From contig CBDCVR010000015.1 of the NCBI GenBank assembly GCA_965223155.1, forward strand, positions 1,120,001-1,184,000: a DNA stretch of 64,000 bases. The letters are read 5' to 3'. Shown in pieces: positions 55,550-64,000 of the stretch (positions are counted from its first letter, which is position 1; each line of letters starts with the position of its first letter). The stretch is from Candidatus Multivoradales bacterium (GTDB lineage: Bacteria > Acidobacteriota > Thermoanaerobaculia > Multivoradales > JAHEKO01). The notes under the pieces were generated by a model. That model was not told the origin of the DNA. It did no database searches and saw nothing but the letters and a program-made list of their open reading frames with translations. A program made the translations under genes and the position numbers.

Positions 55550-56550
55550 TGGAGCCAGTGAATCCACCAGCCCCCGGGGCCGTCAAGGTCCTGTTCATCG
55601 TAGGGTATCCCCGTAGCGGCAGCACCGTTCTGGGCGCTGTCCTCAATGAGCTGGCAGGCTTCGAGTTCGTGGGCGAGATGCGCTACCTGGGCGAGCTCCT
55701 TCGAAACGGCCAGCGACGCTGTGGCTGCGGCACGCCGATCGGACAGTGCGCCTTCTGGCAGTCCGTGCTGGCCGGGGAGCCGACGGACCCCGATGGTTTG
55801 GGAGGCTCGGTTGCCAAGTCCGGCGCGGAGGCGTTCGCCGCGTTTGCGGATCGCCAGGATCGGTTTGGGTCCTGGCTTCGGCTCGCCCTCGGGCGAGCTC
55901 CCTGGCCACGGAGAGTCGAGAGCCGGATCCGAGCTCGGCGGAATCTCTACAGGGCCGTTGCCAGGAGAACTGGGTTCGGCGTACTCGTGGACTCCTCGAA
56001 GTTGCCGGTCGATGCCGCCTATCTGGCGGCAACGCCGGGCATCGACGCCTACTTTCTGCACCTCGTTCGGGACCCGCGCGGACCGGTCTATTCACGGCAG
56101 CGCGGTCGGGATCTTCGCCTCCGTGAGGATCGTCATCCGAGACCTCTTCTGGCGAAGCTGAGAAAGTTGCTGATGGTCCGGGACGCTTTCGACTGGGCGC
56201 GGACGACGTTAGCCGTTAGGCTTTCCCTGCGCCGGGTATCGAGGGATCGCGTGTGTTTGCTTCGCTACGAGGACTTTGCGGCACGTCCGGAGCGGGAGGT
56301 CCGACGAATCGTTGCTTGGGTGGAACCAGGGACCGAGGTGGATTGCTTTTCTGAAGAATCGACCGTGGTGCTTGGCGAGAATCACTCGGTCAGCGGAAAT
56401 CGCACGCGGTTTCTTCGGGGCGAGACGCGAATCCGCGAGGATCGAGCCTGGAGCGACGAACTGTCGGGTCTCGAACAGGCCCTGGTGACGGCGTGTGCCG
56501 GGGCCGGAGCGTTGGGCCTCGAGGAGCGTGGGCATCGTGACGTCGGGTAG
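55549..56550 (+). CDS. Sulfotransferase
   Basis: GYPRSGST (5'-PSB), VDSSK, HLVRDPRG..S, LRYEDF, HSVSGN. Confidence 0.9.
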   Translation: MEPVNPPAPGAVKVLFIVGYPRSGSTVLGAVLNELAGFEFVGEMRYLGELLRNGQRRCGCGTPIGQCAFWQSVLAGEPTDPDGLGGSVAKSGAEAFAAFADRQDRFGSWLRLALGRAPWPRRVESRIRARRNLYRAVARRTGFGVLVDSSKLPVDAAYLAATPGIDAYFLHLVRDPRGPVYSRQRGRDLRLREDRHPRPLLAKLRKLLMVRDAFDWARTTLAVRLSLRRVSRDRVCLLRYEDFAARPEREVRRIVAWVEPGTEVDCFSEESTVVLGENHSVSGNRTRFLRGETRIREDRAWSDELSGLEQALVTACAGAGALGLEERGHRDVG

Positions 56551-57517
56551 GCAGTCGGACCGGACCGTGAATCCGCCGCTCGATTTCATCGTTATCGGCG
56601 CTTCGAAATCGGGCACGACGACGCTTTTCGAGCACCTGAAGAGGCATCCGGAGATCTACATTCCGGGAAACAAGGAAGTGCCCTTCTTTTCGAAGGACTC
56701 GCTCTACGAGATGGGGTGGGCGGCCTTTCTCAAGGAGTTCTTCTCCGAGGCCGAGCCCGGAGCGCTTCTGGGAAGCGTTTCGCCCCAGTATCTGGAGGAC
56801 GCCCCACGGGCCGCGCGCCGGATTGCCGCAAGCCTGCCGTCCGTTCGCCTCATCGCCCAGCTTCGGAATCCGATCGACCGAGCCCATTCGGCGTACCGGA
56901 TGCGGGTCTGGAAGGGGCGAGAGACTCGGTCATTCGAGGACGTGGTCGAAGCCCAGCTCGATCCGGAGGCACTGAGCCAGGCGCGAGAGCTCGACTGGTC
57001 TCTGGGAACGGTTACGGACCGGTACCTCGTGACCAGCGAATACGGGCGGCTCCTGGGCGAGTTCTTGCGGCACTTCGAGCGGGACCGGCTTTGCGTGCTG
57101 TTCGCGGAAGATCTCGCTCGGGCGCCGGAGGTGCTTCTCGACGAGCTGCTCGAGTTTCTGGATCTGGAGCCGGGCTTCCGCCCGGCAAGCCTCGGCCGGC
57201 GCTACTACCGCGGCGGCACGGGGATGCGCTCGTCCAAGCTGATTCGATGGGCGAGTCGAATTGCCCCCCTGCGTTGGCTTTGGTCGGGTCTCCCGCGAGA
57301 GCGCAGGCGGCGGCTCAAGTGGTGGGTCCAGACCGAGCTTGGGGTGCGGCGCTCGGGCAAGACCATTCCACCAATAGGCGCCGAGGTTCGAGCCCGCCTC
57401 AGGGAACACTACCGTCCGGACGTCGCCGAGCTTGCGCGGCGCTTCGAAGTTCGGCCGCCCTGGCCGGAGTTCGCCGAGACGCCCGCTACCGGGGCGGAGC
57501 CGGAGGCGCAGGCGTGA
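56537..57517 (+). CDS. Sulfotransferase (heparan 3-O/N-sulfotransferase-like fold)
   Basis: IGASKSGTT, HPEI, KEVPFF, SPQY, LRNPIDRAHS. Confidence 0.9.
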   Translation: MTSGRQSDRTVNPPLDFIVIGASKSGTTTLFEHLKRHPEIYIPGNKEVPFFSKDSLYEMGWAAFLKEFFSEAEPGALLGSVSPQYLEDAPRAARRIAASLPSVRLIAQLRNPIDRAHSAYRMRVWKGRETRSFEDVVEAQLDPEALSQARELDWSLGTVTDRYLVTSEYGRLLGEFLRHFERDRLCVLFAEDLARAPEVLLDELLEFLDLEPGFRPASLGRRYYRGGTGMRSSKLIRWASRIAPLRWLWSGLPRERRRRLKWWVQTELGVRRSGKTIPPIGAEVRARLREHYRPDVAELARRFEVRPPWPEFAETPATGAEPEAQA

Positions 57518-58320
57518 CAACCGACTCTCCGGCGCTGTCTGGGGTGGTGGTTTGCCGCAACGAAGCGGCCGAGCTCGCCGACTGTCTTGCCTCCCTTGCC
57601 GGTTGCGACGAACTCGTAGTGGTGGATCTCGACTCCGAGGACGGCTCTCGGGACGTGGCCGAGGGAGCCGGCGCCGTGGTGCTTCGGCACGATCCGACGC
57701 CGATTCGCAACCGTCCCCTGTTTTTCGGGCTCGACGCGGCCGCCAACGATTGGGTGGTCAACCTCGACCCCGACGAACGCTTGGCCCCCGGCAGCCTGGA
57801 CGTCATTCGCCGCACGCTGAGGGCCAATCCTCGAGCCAGCCAGATTCGGTTGCCCTTCCAGTACTTCCTGGCTGGAAGGCCAATCCGGACCACGGTTTGG
57901 GGACGGCCGGGAATCGGCAGCATCCGCGTCGTCCATCGGAAGCGTGTGCCGCGGAGCGAGCTCGTCCACCGCGAGTTCGTGGTCGATGCGTCCACGGCAG
58001 TGCTTTCGCGAAACGAGATCGATCCCGTACGGCACTACTGGGCCGAGTCCTATGGTGAAGTACGAACGAAGTTGGGCCGGTACGCGCGTCGCGAGGGAGA
58101 GCGCCTCGAAGCCGTAGGGGAGGTCTTCTCCTGGCCGAGGCTCCTGGACCGGTGCGCTCGTAGCCTTTGGCGGAATCTGGTTCGGCACAAGGGGATCTTG
58201 GGCGGCACGATGGGGGTGAAGCTGAGCTTCATCCGGGCCGAATACGTGGTGCGGAGCCTCCTGGACCTGAGGAGGCTCGAGTTGGAGCGAAGCCCGGACG
58301 GCAAGAGTTCTGGCGGCTAG
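57514..58320 (+). CDS. GT2 glycosyltransferase
   Basis: CRNEA..L..CL.SL, VVDLDSEDGS, LDPDE, VH. Confidence 0.85.
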   Translation: MTTDSPALSGVVVCRNEAAELADCLASLAGCDELVVVDLDSEDGSRDVAEGAGAVVLRHDPTPIRNRPLFFGLDAAANDWVVNLDPDERLAPGSLDVIRRTLRANPRASQIRLPFQYFLAGRPIRTTVWGRPGIGSIRVVHRKRVPRSELVHREFVVDASTAVLSRNEIDPVRHYWAESYGEVRTKLGRYARREGERLEAVGEVFSWPRLLDRCARSLWRNLVRHKGILGGTMGVKLSFIRAEYVVRSLLDLRRLELERSPDGKSSGG

Positions 58321-58424
58321 CCAGGCCGGTTGGAGCTCTTGTCCGGGGAGCCTGGGTGGCGCCGCTCCGGCCGTTCCGGATCCAAGCTGCGTGCTAGCAT
58401 CAATCGCTTTCTGGGCGGCACGGC

Positions 58425-59273
58425 ATGGAGAATTCGTATACCGGTGCTGGGGACGAGGTCGTCACCCGCATCCGGCCCCGCCCTGGCTGGATCGCCATCG
58501 ATTTCGCGGAGCTCTGGTCGTATCGAGAGCTGCTGGCGTTCCTGACCTGGCGCAACATCAGGATCCGCTACGCCCAGACCATTCTTGGAGGGCTCTGGGC
58601 GATCATCCAGCCGCTGTTCACGATGATCGTGTTCACTCTCATCTTCAACAAGCTCGGTGGCGTTTCGGGCGGCAAGGTCGACTACAAGTTCTTCAGCTTC
58701 GCGGCCCTCGTGCCCTGGACGCTCTTTTCGTCTGGAATCTCGCTGTCGGCGAACAGTCTGGTCGGCAGCGCCAATCTCATTCGCCGGGTGTACTTCCCGC
58801 GCCTGGTCATCCCGCTCGCCGCGGTGCTGTCCGCGGTGGTGGACTTTCTTCTCGCGTTTGCCGTGTTACTCGTCATGGTGCCGATCTTCGGCGTCGCGCT
58901 CGACTCCAGGGTCTTCTGGGTGCCCGCTTTCTCGGCGCTTGCCGTTGCCGCCAGCCTCGGGGTCGGATTCTGGCTCTCGGCGATGAACGTGCAGTTCCGG
59001 GACGTCAAGCACGCCCTGCCTTTCCTGACGCAGTTTCTCCTGCTGGCGAGCCCGATTGGCTGGAAGGTCGCGGACGTGCCGGAACGGTACCGCCTGCTCG
59101 TGGGCCTGAATCCCATGGCTGGAGTGGTCGAGGGCTTTCGTTGGGCTATGGGGGGACAGGAAGCGCCCGCGCCCGGGCTTCTCGCGTTGTCCGCGACGAT
59201 TGCCGTGGTGCTTCTGGTGACCGGCGCGGTGTACTTTCGGCGTATGGAAAAGACCTTCGCCGACGTCATCTAG
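58425..59273 (+). CDS. wzm: Polysaccharide ABC exporter permease Wzm
   Basis: ELWSYRELL, RYAQTILG..W.IIQP, VYFPR, FRDV, LNPMAG. Confidence 0.93.
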   Translation: MENSYTGAGDEVVTRIRPRPGWIAIDFAELWSYRELLAFLTWRNIRIRYAQTILGGLWAIIQPLFTMIVFTLIFNKLGGVSGGKVDYKFFSFAALVPWTLFSSGISLSANSLVGSANLIRRVYFPRLVIPLAAVLSAVVDFLLAFAVLLVMVPIFGVALDSRVFWVPAFSALAVAASLGVGFWLSAMNVQFRDVKHALPFLTQFLLLASPIGWKVADVPERYRLLVGLNPMAGVVEGFRWAMGGQEAPAPGLLALSATIAVVLLVTGAVYFRRMEKTFADVI

Positions 59274-59279
59274 GGGACC

Positions 59280-60596
59280 ATGGCCGAACCGGCAATTCGG
59301 GTCGAAGGGCTCGGCAAGCGATACCGCATCGGTGCCAGGAAGCGCCGGTCTCGGACGTTGTCCGAGAGTCTCACGACGACGGCTTTAGCGCCGGCTCGGA
59401 ACCTACGGGCGGTGCTTCGCGGCCAGGCCGCCCGCCACTCCAAGCGCTACCTGTGGGCGGTCGAGGAGGTTTCCTTCGACGTGCCACGGGGCCAAGTCCT
59501 GGGGATCATTGGCCGCAACGGCGCCGGCAAGAGCACGCTCCTCAAGATGCTCTCCCGGATCACCGAGCCGACTTGCGGATGGGCCGAGATCCGCGGCCGG
59601 GTGGGCTCGCTGCTGGAGGTCGGGACCGGATTCCATCCCGAACTCAGCGGGCGCGAGAACGTCTACTTGAACGGCGCGATTCTGGGGATGCGGAGCGCCG
59701 AGATCAGAAAGACGCTCGACCGTATCGTCGCGTTTGCCGAGGTCGAACGGATGATCGACACTCCGGTCAAGCATTACTCGAGCGGCATGATGGTGCGGCT
59801 GGCGTTCTCGGTCGCCGCCCATCTCGAGACCGAGGTGTTGCTGGTTGACGAAGTGCTGGCGGTCGGCGACGTCGCCTTTCAGCGCAAGTGCCTTGGAAAA
59901 ATGGGAGAGGTCGCCCGGAAGGGCCGGACCGTGGTGTTCGTCAGCCACAACATGGCGGCGATCGAGAGCTTTTCAGACCGGATTCTGGTCATCGAGGATG
60001 GCCGGCTGGTTCACGACGACACCGCCAAGAAGTCGATCCGCCACTATCTGGATCTCGTGCTCGAACCGTACTTGACCGGATCGCCCCTGGCCGATCGAGA
60101 AGATCGTACCGGCACGGGCTCGATCCGGCTGACCGAGTTTCGCGCGGAAGCACTGCCGGCAGACGGCGATCCGGATTCCGAAGCCAGCTTGCCCGTCCGG
60201 AGCGGAGCCGATGCGGTCCTCGCATTGGGATACGAGTGTGCGGCGGGACCCAGACCCCGCAACGTGGACGTGGGGTTCTCGATTCACACGCTCGACGGCG
60301 CGACCCTGCTGCGCCTGTACAGTTCCTACATGGGACAGGATCTTGGCGAGCTGCCGGAGGTGGGCGAGTTTCGCTGCCTGCTGGAGGACCTGCCACTCGC
60401 TCCGGGTAAGTATCTCGTTCACGCGAGGGTCACGGTCGGTGGAGAAGAGGCCGACTGGCCGCGCAACGGTGTCGGCTTCCTGACCGTCGAGCCGGGAGAC
60501 TTTTTCGGGACGGGACGGAACGAGTCCCAGGGTCGGGATCCGGCCCTCATTCTGCAGCGAGGCACCTGGTCGGTCGCCGAGACGGAGAGGCCGTAG
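59280..60596 (+). CDS. wzt: Polysaccharide ABC exporter ATPase Wzt with C-terminal binding domain
   Basis: GRNGAGKST, GFHPELSGREN, YSSGM, VDEVLAVGD, VSH. Confidence 0.93.
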   Translation: MAEPAIRVEGLGKRYRIGARKRRSRTLSESLTTTALAPARNLRAVLRGQAARHSKRYLWAVEEVSFDVPRGQVLGIIGRNGAGKSTLLKMLSRITEPTCGWAEIRGRVGSLLEVGTGFHPELSGRENVYLNGAILGMRSAEIRKTLDRIVAFAEVERMIDTPVKHYSSGMMVRLAFSVAAHLETEVLLVDEVLAVGDVAFQRKCLGKMGEVARKGRTVVFVSHNMAAIESFSDRILVIEDGRLVHDDTAKKSIRHYLDLVLEPYLTGSPLADREDRTGTGSIRLTEFRAEALPADGDPDSEASLPVRSGADAVLALGYECAAGPRPRNVDVGFSIHTLDGATLLRLYSSYMGQDLGELPEVGEFRCLLEDLPLAPGKYLVHARVTVGGEEADWPRNGVGFLTVEPGDFFGTGRNESQGRDPALILQRGTWSVAETERP

Positions 60597-61315
60597 TGGC
60601 GAGCGGCTGGCTGCGAAGGAAGACGCGCAACGGCTTCGTCCGCCTCCATCGAGCGCTGTCGCCGTCGGAGCGGGCGTTTCGAGAGGTGTTTCGGGAAGTC
60701 GAGACGATCGAGGGTTTCCTGCGCTCGCCGATGCAAGAACGCTGGCTCTTCAAGGCGGCGCGGTCGCTTCCGGCCGGAGCCAGCGTCGTGGAAGTCGGGA
60801 GCTTCAAGGGGCGGTCCACGGGTTGCCTGGGAGCGGGGGTCAAGAGCCGCGGCGGCCACGTTTGGGCCATCGACCGGTTCGAGGGCGACGGTGGCGCCTA
60901 CGGAGACAACCGATTTCTGAAGGAGTTCCAAGCCAACATGGACCGCTTGGGGCTCGGTGAGGTCGTCTCGCCCGTGCAAGCCGATTCACGAGCAGCCGCC
61001 CGAGACTGGGACCGGTCAATCCACCTCCTGTTCCTCGATGGCTCCCATGAATACGATGACGTGACCGCCGACTTCGAGGCGTTTTTCCCGTTCGTCGTGG
61101 ACGGGGGCTTGGTTGCCTTCCATGATGTCGGTCCCGAGGAGCCGGGGGTACTGCGCATGTGGCGCGAGGTCGCGGGACCCCGGCTGACGAGCCATGGCCA
61201 GTGCAGTTCGCTGGCGTACGGTCGTAAGGCCGGAGCGGCGTCCGGGTTTCGCCCCTTCCTGGAGGAGGCCCTGTACCGAGGTCGGCGCGCGCGAGACTCC
61301 GGTGGCCTTGCGTAG
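60596..61315 (+). CDS. Class I SAM-dependent methyltransferase (Methyltransf_24-like)
   Basis: VEVGSFKGRS, LFLDGSHEY, FHD. Confidence 0.88.
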   Translation: MASGWLRRKTRNGFVRLHRALSPSERAFREVFREVETIEGFLRSPMQERWLFKAARSLPAGASVVEVGSFKGRSTGCLGAGVKSRGGHVWAIDRFEGDGGAYGDNRFLKEFQANMDRLGLGEVVSPVQADSRAAARDWDRSIHLLFLDGSHEYDDVTADFEAFFPFVVDGGLVAFHDVGPEEPGVLRMWREVAGPRLTSHGQCSSLAYGRKAGAASGFRPFLEEALYRGRRARDSGGLA

Positions 61316-62474
61316 TCGCTGGCCGGGTCGTGTCGTCCTGGCGTTGCTGACCGCGATTCTGACCCTGGGTGCCTTGGAAGCGGGAGCTCGGATCTGGAAT
61401 CGGCTGGATCCTTCTCCGAGTCGAACCCAGGGAGGCTTCCGCGCCAGTCGGCCCGCACCCTACGAGGACGCCGGCTACTTCACCGACGCCTTTCTCGCCG
61501 AGCAGAAGCAGCATCGAGACTGGTATTCGCCTAGCGGCGCGCGGCTGGTCCTGCCCCGCGACTTCGCCGGCCGGTACTACAACATCTCCGCCGGCCGGCG
61601 CCGGACCGAAGGCCAGCCCCGAGAGGCGGCGCGGCGGATTGTTCTCTTCGGCGGCTCGGGAATGTTCTGCGAGGAAGTTCCGGACGGCGAGACCATCGCC
61701 AGTCACCTGCAAGATCTGCTGAACGGACCGGAAGCCGGACCTCTCGCCGGCAGTCGGGTGGAAAACCTGGGGGCGCTCACCGTCGGCATCGCCCAGCAAA
61801 TCGAGCGGATGCAGACGATGGAGCTCGGCGCGGGCGATCTGGTGGTCTTCTACGACGGAGTCAACGACGCGATCCTTTCGCTCTATCACGCGGCTCCGCG
61901 CTCTTCGATCTACCATCTCGAGCGAGACGGCCGGAGCTCTCAACCGGGTTCGGCGAGTCTGCGCCGTCTGCGCCGGCGCTCGGTCCTGGCGGGTCGGATC
62001 GAGCTTGCCCGCTTGCGCCGAAGCGCGCCTCGTCACCTCGAAACGGAAAATCGCCTGGACGAGCTCGAAGACGGCTTGTCCGAGCTCTATCGAGAGAGCT
62101 TGGCCTCGGCCGCCGAGACGGCCCGGGCGGCCGGCGCCGGCTTCCACCACTTCTTGCAACCCCACTTGTTCAGTACGGGCGAGTTGACCGACTACGAGAC
62201 AGAGCTTGCGGCCAATCCCTACCTGGTTCGCCCCGGGCTCGAGCAGGCTCTCCGGCGGGGCTACGAGGTTCTCCGGACCGCGATGGCCAGGGTCTCGGGC
62301 GACGGCGTCCGGTCTCGAGATCTCTCGGCCGTTCTCGCCCAGCGGGAAGAGGGAGAGGAATTCTTTCTCGACTACTGCCACGTCAACCATCGAGCGAATC
62401 GGCGGATCGCTCGAGCGATGTTCGATGCGATCCAGAACGGCGGCGGCCCTCGCGTCTTGGGCCCGGAATCATGA
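61302..62474 (+). CDS. SGNH/GDSL hydrolase-like protein, N-terminally anchored
   Basis: LFGGS, YDGVND, LQP, DYCH. Start uncertain (GTG 61302 or TTG 61308). Confidence 0.8.
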   Translation: MALRSRWPGRVVLALLTAILTLGALEAGARIWNRLDPSPSRTQGGFRASRPAPYEDAGYFTDAFLAEQKQHRDWYSPSGARLVLPRDFAGRYYNISAGRRRTEGQPREAARRIVLFGGSGMFCEEVPDGETIASHLQDLLNGPEAGPLAGSRVENLGALTVGIAQQIERMQTMELGAGDLVVFYDGVNDAILSLYHAAPRSSIYHLERDGRSSQPGSASLRRLRRRSVLAGRIELARLRRSAPRHLETENRLDELEDGLSELYRESLASAAETARAAGAGFHHFLQPHLFSTGELTDYETELAANPYLVRPGLEQALRRGYEVLRTAMARVSGDGVRSRDLSAVLAQREEGEEFFLDYCHVNHRANRRIARAMFDAIQNGGGPRVLGPES

Positions 62475-63523
62475 GCGCTCCCAAGGTCAGTGTCCTGCTG
62501 CCGGTCTACAACGGACTGGGGGTGGTTAGGACGGCGATTCAAAGTGTCTTGCGCCAGGACTTCCGGGATTTCGAGCTCGTGATCGTTGACGACGGCTCGA
62601 GCGACGGGACCGCGGAGATCTTGGCGGCGGCTCGATCCAAGGACGAGCGCATCGTAGTGGTCCGGAACGCAACCAACCGGGGGTTGATCGCAAGTCTCAA
62701 CCGCGGCCTGGCCTCCTGCCGGGGCGAGTACGTGGCCCGCCAGGATGCGGACGACGTCTCCTCGCCCGAGAGATTGCGATTGCAGGCGGCCCATCTCGAC
62801 GCGCATCCGGAGGTCGGTGTGGTCGCCTCCGCCTACTATCGTCTCCGGGACGGCGAGACCAGGATCCTGCGCCGTCCGCCTGCCGAAGACACGGCGATCC
62901 GCTGGAAGCTCCTCTTCGGGAACTGCTGGTGCCATTCCACGGTCATGTTCCGGCGGGACCTCTTGGATGCCGGCGAGACCGCCTACGGAGCGTTTCTCCA
63001 CGCCGAGGACTACGAGTTGTGGTGCCGCCTGCTGACGCGCTCGAAGGGGCATACCCTCGCCGCTCCCTTGGTGGACTACGCTGACGTACCCGGCGAAGGC
63101 GTGTCGCAGCAAAACCCCGCGGCCCAGGCCGAGATGGCCGAGCGGATCTCGGAGCGCCAGATCCGGGAGGTACTGCCAGACATTGCGGTCGAGGAGTGCG
63201 CCGCGATTCGGCGGCTGGCCCGAGCCGGGGAGGAAAGCGTCCAGTGGGCCGGGACGCTGCCGTTTCTGTTCGAGCTGATGGATGCGTTCCGGGCCCGGCC
63301 CGAGGTCGAGTCCGCCGTCATGGACCGCGTCGAAGCGGCCTGGCTTCGACGCTTTCTCGAAAAGGCGGGGACGGCCGAGATCGTCAGGGCCTGGCGCTCG
63401 GGCCTCCTGCGCCCGCTCCGCCAGCGGCACGGCCTTCGTCTTCTCGGCGCCGGCCCGCGCTGGCTTCGGGCCAGAGCTCGGCGGCTGGTGCGAGGAGGGG
63501 ACTCGGGGACAGACGCACCATGA
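62471..63523 (+). CDS. GT2 glycosyltransferase
   Basis: VSVLLPVYN, VDDGSSD, RQDADD, AEDYELW. Confidence 0.92.
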   Translation: MSAPKVSVLLPVYNGLGVVRTAIQSVLRQDFRDFELVIVDDGSSDGTAEILAAARSKDERIVVVRNATNRGLIASLNRGLASCRGEYVARQDADDVSSPERLRLQAAHLDAHPEVGVVASAYYRLRDGETRILRRPPAEDTAIRWKLLFGNCWCHSTVMFRRDLLDAGETAYGAFLHAEDYELWCRLLTRSKGHTLAAPLVDYADVPGEGVSQQNPAAQAEMAERISERQIREVLPDIAVEECAAIRRLARAGEESVQWAGTLPFLFELMDAFRARPEVESAVMDRVEAAWLRRFLEKAGTAEIVRAWRSGLLRPLRQRHGLRLLGAGPRWLRARARRLVRGGDSGTDAP

Positions 63524-64000
63524 CGCTTCGGGTCGGGGTTCTCCTGGATTCGACGGTTCGTTCTCGCTGGGTCGAACGGGTTCTGCGGGACGTCGTCGAA
63601 TCGCCGGTAGCGGACCTTGCCCTGGTGGTGCTCAACGAGGCCGAACCGGGTGCGCGGACCGGAGCGCTCGATCATCTCGTCTACCGCCTGCATCGCCGGC
63701 TGGATCGGAAGGTCTGCCGGTCGGTGCCCGACGCTTTTGAGCGGGTTGATCTAGGGCCGGTTCTGGAAGGCGTTCCGAGACGTGGAGTGACGCCGCGCCA
63801 GAAGCGTTTCTCGGATTTCTTGAGCAAAGCCGACGTGGCCGCGATCCGGGAGTTTGATCTCGACGTCGCGCTTCGCTTCGGATTTCGGATCCTACGGGGT
63901 CGAGTCCTGACCATTGCGCGGCATGGAATCTGGTCGTACCACCACGGCGATCCGGAGCGGTACCGGGGCGGGCCGCCCTGCTTCTGGGAAGTGATGGAAG
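63520..64000 (+). CDS. Formyltransferase-like domain protein, running off the right edge
   Basis: Manual translation MTLRVGVLLD..LDVALRFGFRILRG..HGIWSYHHGD..YRGGPPCFWE. Confidence 0.75.
   Translation, partial: MTLRVGVLLDSTVRSRWVERVLRDVVESPVADLALVVLNEAEPGARTGALDHLVYRLHRRLDRKVCRSVPDAFERVDLGPVLEGVPRRGVTPRQKRFSDFLSKADVAAIREFDLDVALRFGFRILRGRVLTIARHGIWSYHHGDPERYRGGPPCFWEVME

Overview
GC-rich bacterial chromosomal window; the gene style suggests Acidobacteriota, but this is an unverified inference. Most long ORFs in the supplied track are antisense shadows, and about 47 real genes are supportable. Main blocks: (i) a xanthine-oxidase-family Mo-hydroxylase system dispersed over about 40 kb (moaB; coxM-coxS-amidase-fdrA-DUF1116; tandem cyclase; coxL-like plus NCS2 permease; coxG-xdhC-mocA), probably N-heterocycle/purine catabolism rather than CO oxidation; (ii) secreted hydrolases and peptidases; (iii) a 0.9 kb hicAB-RHH cassette bounded by repeated GGTAGTGGRTCAGTTTGA sites, and a vapBC pair; (iv) a two-gene island encoding an NBR1-Ig-repeat/DUF3238-like protein coupled to a HEAT+Ig protein; (v) an intact IS1111-type IS110 element upstream of lepA whose downstream non-coding RNA carries readable guide segments matching both insertion junctions (bridge/seek RNA); (vi) the start of a sulfated Wzm/Wzt polysaccharide locus. 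No rRNA, tRNA or CRISPR array was recognised.
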